Part shown: positions 40,301 through 48,500 of the stretch, piece after piece
How the letters are laid out: each line of letters begins with the position of its first letter
How positions within the stretch are numbered: position 1 is the stretch's first letter
NCBI GenBank assembly: GCA_030264375.1
Contig: JASCQW010000081.1
Span: forward strand, 34,531,262 to 34,595,261
Length of the DNA: 64,000 nt
DNA from: Carcharhinus longimanus
Lineage: Eukaryota
Direction: 5' to 3'
The notes under the pieces: model-generated
What the model saw: only the letters and a program-made list of their open reading frames with translations
What the model was told of the DNA's origin: nothing
Database searches by the model: none
Program-made: the position numbers and the translations under genes

Positions 40301-41939
40301 ATCTAAGCCACTGTCTTCAAAGCTCACCAGAAACTCCATTTCCTAACTAGCCACCACATTTTTCTCCAATAGACAGTTCACAACCTTGGTGTTACATTTC
40401 ACCCAGAGAGATTCTGACCACATATTTGTCTCATCAGTAAGACCACCAATTTCCACATGCATAATATTGCCACACTATTTCAACACAATTCTGTTCAGCC
40501 TCACACTTTTTACTCCCTGCATACCTGAGATCGTCCACATCGTAACTCGTACTGAGTGCTACTCACCCATTATCCACATTCTTGTTGACTTACACTGGCT
40601 CCCCAATCGAGTAATACCAACTTATTTTCCGATCCCTCAAAGGCTTCATCCTCCCTACCTTTGTAATCTCATTCAGCCTTACATCCTTTGCAGATATCAG
40701 TACTTCTCCAATTGTGGTCTTGTATTTCATTCACTCCAACACTGGAGGCTGTGTCTTTAGCTGCCAAGGCTATAAGGTCTGGAATTCACTCTGTAAACTT
40801 CACCTCTGCACCTTGCTTTCCTTTTTCAAGATGCCTCTTAAAACTTATTTTTTTGCCAAAGCGTGTGGTCATCTGCCCTAATCTCTCATGTGGCTCAATG
40901 TTAAATTTTGATTATGATTCTGTATAGTACCTTGCTAATTATGTCATTCCTCATTTTTCTTCACAAAATGTATTAACTCACACAACCTAATTAAATTACC
41001 CTGTCCAAATATTTGCCCATTCTGCTAACCTATCTATGCCTCCTTTTCTACTATTGTCAAACACCCATGTTGTCAACATTATTTTGAGGCTATGTTGATG
41101 TGAAAAGAATGAAATCTCACTCTTATTATAAAATCTCTCAAAGTTTATTTATTAGTCACAAGTAGGCTTACATTAACACTGAAATGAAGTTACTGTGAAA
41201 ATGCCCTAGTCACCGCACTCCGGCACCTGTTCAGGTACAATGAGCACGACCAGTGCACCCAACCAGTACATCTTTCGGATTGTGAGAGAAAACTGCAGCA
41301 AACCCACGCAGACACGGGGAGAACATGCAGACTATGCACAGACGTGACCTAAGTTGGGAATTGAACCTGGGTCTCTGGTGTTGTGCGACAGCAGTGCTAA
41401 CTACTGCACTACTGTGCCAATCAGGGGAGGCATTCAATTAACATTTTGCATCACTGTGGGAGGAAATCACAGCACCCGGAGGAAACCCGCGCAGACACGG
41501 GCAGAATGTGCAGCATCCACATAGACAAACTATAAAATCTCTCTGTCTTCACATTCAAGTTCGGTAACCAGTTTAGTTCTTTTTTTTTGAAATCCAAAAC
41601 TAGCTGAAAAGCCACGAACAGCATTGCGACCTCTACTCACGAACCAGAACAGGCCAAGATTTCTGGTGGGAATATGAAAAGCCATCGCTGTAACCGAGTG
41701 GCTGTTCTAGTCCAAACAGACCACAGAGAAGCGGTTACTGTCCTGGCAAGAGGCCCAGGCCTCAATCATACTCTAAAGCTGTGTTTAATTCTCCAGCCCC
41801 ATTCTCTACCTGTCAGCCCGAAACATTCTTCCTTCCAGTACTTGGACTCGTAGATACGGGTGCGAATGATTTTCTCGATCAAATACTGCGGGTTGGTCCC
41901 ATGAATACTATGAGCATCTTTCACCGTCCGGTTCGCCAT
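31351..41939 (-). CDS. PRPF38A: Pre-mRNA-splicing factor 38A, complete, 10 coding exons, 312 aa
   Basis: Exon lengths 130+160+122+86+111+113+27+98+49+43 = 939 nt, all GT-AG and in frame. The protein runs MANRTVKDAHSIHGTNPQYLIEKIIRTRIYESKYWKEECFGLTAELVVDKAMEL... through an RS domain to KKSRRGNE*. Confidence 0.97.
31479..31527 (-). CDS. PRPF38A: PRPF38A exon 9
   Basis: GHHRSHRHRSHSKTPER. Confidence 0.93.
32457..32554 (-). CDS. PRPF38A: PRPF38A exon 8
   Basis: SPSPRRERHRSKSPRRHRSRSRDRRHRSRSKSP. Confidence 0.94.
32643..32669 (-). CDS. PRPF38A: PRPF38A exon 7 (27-nt micro-exon)
   Basis: ttttacag|A CGA AGC AGG TCC CCC AAG AGA AGA AG|gtaaga; RSRSPKRR. Confidence 0.9.
33100..33590 (-). mobile_element. 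CR1 LINE 3' remnant
   Basis: CATGGAAACAGGCCCTTTGGCCCAACTTGTCC and TATTCAGCCTCTCCTTATAACTCAA, typical of an antisense CR1 3' end. Confidence 0.75.
33708..33820 (-). CDS. PRPF38A: PRPF38A exon 6
   Basis: GDRVPSPEPPRRGYRDLDRPRRSPSPRYRRSRSKTPR. Confidence 0.94.
34594..34704 (-). CDS. PRPF38A: PRPF38A exon 5
   Basis: KRYVLEEAEMLDTRVSALEEDMDDVDTSEDEDDDDDK. Confidence 0.94.
36500..37165 (-). mobile_element. CR1-group LINE RT fragment (same family as 60535)
   Basis: MRMFADDFTVFSTICNSSDTE RT motif. Confidence 0.8.
37562..37647 (-). CDS. PRPF38A: PRPF38A exon 4
   Basis: EFELIHVDEFMDELLHEERVCDIILPRLQ. Confidence 0.95.
38230..38351 (-). CDS. PRPF38A: PRPF38A exon 3
   Basis: YVRLLGALYMRLTGSAIDCYKYLEPLYNDYRKVKRQKRDG. 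Confidence 0.95.
38938..39097 (-). CDS. PRPF38A: PRPF38A exon 2
   Basis: AELVVDKAMELKYIGGVYGGNIKPSPFLCLTLKMLQIQPEKDIIVEFIKNEDFK. Confidence 0.96.
39678..39930 (+). mobile_element. tRNA-derived SINE, second subfamily
   Basis: Head and tail homologous to the copy at 26372. Confidence 0.83.
39931..40930 (+). mobile_element. L2 LINE 3' remnant
   Basis: Decayed RT with an L2-type C-terminus (ILVDLHWLP). Similar L2 remnants lie at ~6325-6660, ~9040-10090(-), ~12300-13290 and ~18760-19590. Confidence 0.7.
41141..41526 (-). mobile_element. tRNA-derived SINE, second subfamily, plus an adjacent SINE fragment
   Basis: Reverse-complement match to the copies at 26372 and 48809. Confidence 0.83.
41810..41939 (-). 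CDS. PRPF38A: PRPF38A exon 1 (coding part)
   Basis: ATG at 41939; MANRTVKDAHSIHGTNPQYLIEKIIRTRIYESKYWKEECFGLT; donor G|gtagag. Confidence 0.96.
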
Positions 41940-41989
41940 TGCAATCCCGGCAGGCAAGGCGGCACCTTAGTCAGAGCACGATGGAACAC

Positions 41990-42144
41990 CCCCCACGGCC
42001 GGGCAGACATCCCGCTCACAGCGCCCCCTCCAGCCGGGCCGACATCCCGCTCCAGCGCCCCCCGCGGCCGGGCAGACATCCTGCTCACAGCGCCCCCTCC
42101 GGCCGGGCAGACATCCTGCTCACAGCCCTCCCCCCGCGGCCGGG
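41990..42144. repeat. GC-rich minisatellite, ~35-bp unit, ~4 copies
   Basis: Unit approximately GGCCGGGCAGACATCCYGCTCACAGCGCCCCCTCC, starting at 41997, 42032, 42066 and 42101. Confidence 0.9.
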
Positions 42145-42215
42145 AGGGCCCTCGGGTAGTTTGTAATGAATTTAAATGTACCCAGAATGCAGTGTGAGGT
42201 CTCAGCTGACCGGAA

Positions 42216-42226
42216 TGGCGCGAAAA
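42216..42226 (-). promoter_or_regulatory. E2F-binding site
   Basis: TGGCGCGAAAA (reverse complement TTTTCGCGCCA) is a canonical E2F element; ORC1 is an established E2F target. Confidence 0.7.
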
Positions 42227-42245
42227 TCTCAGATTGCGGCTGAGA

Positions 42246-42342
42246 GCGGAGCGGAGAGGATAGCGGGGAATCGGGCGGAGCGGAGAGGATAGCGGGGAAT
42301 CGGGCGGAGCGGAGAGGATAGCGGGGAATCGGGCGGAGCGGA
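42246..42342. repeat. 29-bp perfect tandem repeat, 3.3 copies
   Basis: GCGGAGCGGAGAGGATAGCGGGGAATCGG at 42246, 42275 and 42304, with a partial copy at 42333. Confidence 0.95.
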
Positions 42343-42465
42343 TTTTAATTCTTGTTTCACTTTAAATTTTATCCGGGTGTGAATTATCCTGCTTCTCCTC
42401 AGCGGGTGGATTTTATTTCATTTTTTAATGTTTTATTCTCTGGAGTTTGCCGAATTTCTGCTGAA

Positions 42466-42569
42466 ATGAGCAGCTATCTGACCAGGTTGAAGGAGCGGCA
42501 GAGACACATTTACAGCTGGGCTGGCAGTGCTGTCGATGTGAACCGCAGACTGCGGCAGGCCGATTATGA
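42466..42569 (+). CDS. ORC1: ORC1 first coding exon
   Basis: [34 protein letters not shown]; donor GA|gtgagt. Confidence 0.88.
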
Positions 42570-45500
42570 GTGAGTGACCACTGAACCTCATCCAGATTAA
42601 TGTGTGTTATCTGTATCAGAGAGACTGGGATCTGGAAGTGTGACCGCCTCAAGTTACCCTAATCCAGCCCTAAACTGTATTTAGTTATTCATGTCCACCT
42701 TTCACTCCCTTGTCTGAGGTCAAGCATCAACCGACTCAAGAACAGCTTCTTACCTGCTGCTGTCAGAGTTTTGAGTGGACTTACCTTGCATTAAATTGAT
42801 CTTCCTCCACACTCTAGCTATGACTAACATTACATTCTGCACACTCTCGTTTCCTTCTCTCTCAACGGTATGTTTTGTCTGTATAGTGTACAAGAAATGA
42901 TGCTTTTCACTATACTGATATGTGACAAATCAAATTGTTAATCAAGAATCTATGGAGCTCTACCATAAAAATATTCAAAGATGCTTCTTACCTAGTTTCA
43001 GAGACTTGTGACCCGCGAGAGAAAATATTTCTCCTTGTTTCTGTCTCAAATCAGCGATCCCCTGTTTATAAACTAGTTCTTGATTCTCCCACAAGAGGAA
43101 ACATCCTCTCCATATTCACCCTGTCCATATCCCTCAATCTTAAAGGTCTTGATCAAGTTGCCTCTTACTTTTCTAAGCTTGAGTGGATATAAAACTATTC
43201 TTCCCAACCTTTCCTCACAAAATAACCTGCCCATTCCTGGTGTTAGCTTCGAAGGTTTACCTCCCATCTTTCCATCAGTAAGGAAGCCAGTATTATACAC
43301 AAACTCAAGGTGTGGTTTCATGAATGCTCCATACAACTGAAACATAACCTTCCTACTTCAATAAATGATAACATTCCATTATCATTCCCAATTACTTGTT
43401 GGGCTAAATAGCCTACTTCTACTGGCTCTACCTGTATGCTATCAATGTCCTGGGACTATCATTGATCAGAAACTGAACTGGCCTGGCCATATAAACATTG
43501 TGGCTATAAAAGCAGGTCAGAGGCAAGGAATCCTGTATTGAGTAACTCACCTCCTGACTTACCAAAGTCTGTCCACCACCTACAGGACACAAGTCAGGAG
43601 TGTAATAGAATACTCACCTCTCAGCAGGATGAACAACACTGAAGAAGATTAACAGTATGACAAAGCAGTCCCTATGATTGTCATCCCCATCCGTAAACAT
43701 TCACTTTCTCCGCCACCACTGTACAGTGGCAGCAATATGTACCATTTCGAAGATGCACTGCAACAAGTCACCCAGCACCTTCCAAACCTTTGACTTCAGC
43801 AGTGCTTCTATGCACAGGTTGGAGTTCACAGTACTCAGCCTTTCAATTCCATTCCTGTAGAAACGAACTGAAGTGTTTTATGTTTATATAACTTTGTTAA
43901 CCTGTGTTGCTACTTTGTCTATCTGTAACACTCTGATCCCTCTGTCCTCTGCACCATTTAGATACTTATTTTCCAAGATGTATACAATTTCCTTGCTCTT
44001 CTTACCAACATATGCTCCCTCACACTTTTATATTGACACTAATTTGCAAGTAGTATATTCATTTTGCACATTTATTGGCAACTTGGCACTGTTGTCTCAC
44101 ACTGCCAGGGACCCTGGTTCGATTCTGGCCTTGGGTAATTGTTTGTGTGGAGTTTGCATGTTCTCCCCGTGTCTGCGTGGGTTTCGCCTGGGTACCTTGG
44201 CTCCCTCCCATGGTCCAAAGCTGTGTAGGTTAGGTAGATTAGCCTTGGTAAGTGCGCGGGGATGAGACAGACGGTGATGCTGGGGAGATGCTCTTTTGTA
44301 GAGTTGGTGCAGACTCAATAGGCTGAATGGCTTCTTCCTGCACTGTAGGGATTCTCTGGATCTTCCTGTATTAACCTTCCTTTTATCTTCAGTCGTAAAT
44401 TGGTGTTACTGGTTTGGGTATAAATCTGACGGTATCTTGGTGGTTGGGGAAAGATGGGCCCATTTTCTTGCCGTCCACGCATTCTCTGTGTGGATTATTT
44501 CACTCTTTTCCCTGATCTGGAATGTCCTCTCGATACTACCTGAGCTAATTTTATGTTTGATTGTTTGTGCCTCTGTGTTCAGAATATGTGTTTAGAATAT
44601 GCAATAAATGCTCTTTTTTCTGTTTGAGACGCTCTCTCTTGTTGCCCTCATGAAGTGTTGACAGTAGATTGTTATCAAGTTAGCGACTGTTTGAATTAGG
44701 AGCAATGATATTGGGCCAAAACCTGTGTTTAGTCACATTAGTAAGTGTAATATGCACACTGCATTTAACATCAGCACTCTACAATTGGGAGGGAGAAAAA
44801 GAAAAGAGGCAAATTCCCAGTCTGATATAAATCCAGCAATTCCAAATTGAAAAGTGCTTGGTTATAACACACTGGGCTGAATTGACTACGGAGGTGTAGA
44901 GGTATCCTGTCATATTATCTTCAGTAGTTTTGGTGGATAAATCTGTTTGTTCAAGTGTAGGACCAAGCATGAAATCAGGTAGTTCTTGTTCTTTTCAGCC
45001 TGGATCTAGTATGTCTGTTGTGGGGCCCATGAATTGGATTCAATTTGATTTTTTTTTTGGAGCAGGCAAGTAGATGGATTAAGGGCTTGCCCTGTCCACT
45101 CAGCGCATTGGCTTTGTAACTCTGAGAGAGAGCAATCGTTTTTTAAAATGCTTTAGGAAGGAAAAGTTAGTTTATTTATTAATTATAAGTAAGGCTTACG
45201 TTACATTGCAATGAAATTCAGGAAATAGGTGATACAATTTACAAACAAAATAAATACCCTCAGCAGTGTCACCCTGTGAAAGATCCAGTTTTTCTGTGAT
45301 TGGCTTCAGGGGAAACCAGAAGAGGTGTGTGAAGTTTAAGTTTATTTTATTAGTGTCATAAGTAGGCTTACATTCATACTGCAGTGAAGTTACTGTGAAA
45401 ATCTTAGTTGCCACACTCTAGCGCCTGTTCAGGTACACTGACCAATGCACCTAACCAGCACATCATTCAGAGTATGGGAGGAAACTGGAGTACCAGAAAT

Positions 45501-48500
45501 GTGTCCAAACATACGCAGGTTAGGTAGATTGGCTGTGCTAAATCGCCCCTTAGTGTCTGGAGGATTTGGAGGGTAAATACGTGGGGTTACAAGGATGGGG
45601 TCTCAATGGGATTGATGATGGTGCAGGCTTGATGGGCCGAGTGGCCTTGTTCTGTACTGTAGGGATTCTGTGGTTCGTACCCAGAGAAAACCCACATGGG
45701 GTGAACATGCAGATTCCGCACAGACAGTGACCCAAGCTGGGAATCAAACCCGGGTCCCTGGCACTATAAGGCAGCAGTGCTAACTACTTGCCAAAACTAA
45801 CACTCCATTTTAGTGTCCAAAGTTATTATGTGGGCTTATATTAAAATTTACTTCCCATCCAGAAATAGTCAGCTATATATACCCTTTAGTAGTCAGCTGA
45901 TGTTGAGGGTTGTGGTCCTGGAATATTAGCATTTTGAACTTAATCTGTTTTACAGATTTTTAGGTAGATTGAACAACAAACAATTTACTCCTGAACTAAT
46001 TCTCCCAAAGCTCAAGCACAAAAGTTGAACCTTTATAACTGTCCTTTTGGAGAGTTGGTGCAGACTTAATGGATCGAACGGCCTCCTTTTGTACTGTAGG
46101 GGTTCTATCATTGCATGAGCAGAGATCAGTCAGATCAGCCATGATCTTATTGCAAGAGGAGACATGAAGGGCCAAATGGCCTAATCCTGCTCTTTCTGTT
46201 CCTATTTTTATGTATGCCACAATTGCATTTCTTGCACAATTTCTGCATGTTGGTTGTTGAGAAGGAACATAAGGTGTTTTGCAGATACAAATTTGTAAAG
46301 TCACTGTATATTTTTGCTTCTTTAGAGGTATTCAGATAGAATATGAAGGCACTTCTATCAAACATCACATCAACATTGGAGATTTTGTTTTAGTCAAAAG
46401 TGAAGATGAGGATCAACCGTATGTAGCTAGACTGCTGAAGTTGTTCGAGGCTGGTAAGAGCAAGTTTCATATGTGAGCTCATCAATGTTTATGGACCAGA
46501 AACAGCCTCTCATTTATATGAACTAATAATGATTTACACAAACTATTAGTTGAGCCAAAATTAGGTTAATAGCTTGCCCACAAAAATATGGTGTATTTGG
46601 GCAGTCTAAACCCAGATTGCAGCATTCGCCAAGAACTTTACTGTGGACAACTTAAAATTATGCAGCAGTACCAGGAATGTATGTAATACCTATTTCAAAT
46701 ATCCATTGGCTCTACCAGGAAACAACAAATGGCTTTACAAAATAGGAATTCAGCTTTATGGCAGTGTTGTGTTGAAGACCATTTAAGTTGAAACTTCTGC
46801 ACACTCTGGTCCCTCCATTATTTTTTATGTACAGTTTGAAACATTTCAAACTTCATATTTCTCTTAGTTGACATGGGTTTATTTTCCTCACCAGGTAGTC
46901 AACAACGTCCCACCAAGAATGCAGTGGTCCAGTGGTTTGCTCGTATTGAGGAAATACCCAAAACAAAGCAGAAGCTATTGGGAAGGGAAACACATCCTAA
47001 GGAGATTTTCTTATATGATGTCCCTGGCTGTGATGATCATATCAGTGCAGAGACCCTCATTAAGACTGTGAAGGTAGTACTTGAGCGCATAAACTAAATA
47101 AGGCTGGCATTTCAGTGCTGTGCTGCATTGTCAGAGGTGCTGGGCTTTTGGATGAGGTGTTTTTTCATGGTCTCACCTGCAAAACTTTAGCCACAGCACT
47201 GAATCAAGACAATTTATCCCATTGCTATTAACCCTGCTGTATGCAATCTTGCAACCTCTGTATTACTTCTGCCTGATTTTTGTGCTAAACATTAACTACG
47301 TACTTTACAATCGAATTAGATCTAAGTTTTGTAAATTAGTGGCAGTGAATGGGTAGCCTTTAGTAATTGAAGCTGGAATAATTAGTTCGAACAATTTTGT
47401 TTTGCAAGTTTCTTCGTGGACTGTCAGTATGGTACGTGACATGGAGCAGTTTAACACAACAAGTGGTATTCAAATAAAGACAGCCCAAAGGTTACCCTGA
47501 TCATGGTAGCCATTATTTCCACTGCTACATAAAGGGAATTTGTTTGATTAACTGTGTCTTGCGTTTTGCTGTAGCTCGGTTAATGTTTTCTAGTTATGTG
47601 AGTGCTGTTAATGTCTGCTTACTGCAAAATTGAAACTGTGAAGTACAGAATTAGCATATATTTTACCTAGCAATTACTTTATATAGTAGGTGTTACAACT
47701 TTAGATTAGTTGCAGTGTGAGGAGATAGGCTGTTCTTTGGCACCTGCTGTGCTTTCTGTTGGGTTTTATAAAGACATGGTTTACATCAAATTAATTTATT
47801 TTCTCTTGGGAGGCATTTATTAGCCATTCCTAGATGTCCTAAGGCATTAAAATCACCTTATGTTGCTGGACTGAGAAAATCGGGATAGCAGGTCCCTTCC
47901 TTTAGGAGACCAGTGAACTAGTTGGACTTTATGACAATCCAGCAACTTCCATTGTCGTTGTGTCTGGTGCAATCCTACAGATTGCAAGGGCTTGTCATTT
48001 AATTTCACGTGGACCACCACTTAAATGATTCTTTCCCCTACAAATGTTTTATTGTAAAAGCTATGTTATAATCTGTGCAATGATTTGGAAATTAGATTTA
48101 CTCTGTAGTGGTGTGACATGTGTTTTGTTTCTGAGTGACTTGACGCAGTCCTATGTAAATGGGAAATTAACTTATTTTGTTCACCTATATGGTTGATGAA
48201 GTGGAAAGTAGCCCATTCTTGGTCTAATCTATTTGGAGCCCCCATTCAATGTTGAATTTGAGATATTAAATTAGTAACTCGCATTGACTCGTGATATTAT
48301 CATTGGCTTTCTTTTGGAGTTTATATTTTCAAAGTGTCCTGTAAAGGGTGAATATGAGGCAATAGGCTAATACTTTCCCAAGCATCTCTGCATTGTGAAG
48401 TGCCTTATGTGGAAAATGCATACTCTATCAGGATGTGGGTACCCACATCCTGATGGAGATATGCACATATTACATTAGTATCTGCCATATTGCATAAAAT

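Larger units (their letters stand above)
41940..42465. promoter_or_regulatory. CpG-rich bidirectional promoter / 5' UTRs shared by PRPF38A and ORC1
   Basis: The divergent start codons at 41939 and 42466 have 526 bp between them. This is the most CpG-dense stretch of an otherwise CpG-depleted window, with GGGCGG GC boxes. Confidence 0.85.

Noticed and set aside
41781-42197. 138-aa and 75-aa plus-strand ORFs in the promoter
   Set aside because: They arise from the antisense of PRPF38A exon 1 plus a stop-poor GC-rich minisatellite
42246-42342. 29-bp direct repeats as a CRISPR-like array
   Set aside because: The units are contiguous with no spacers, the context is a vertebrate promoter, and there are no cas genes
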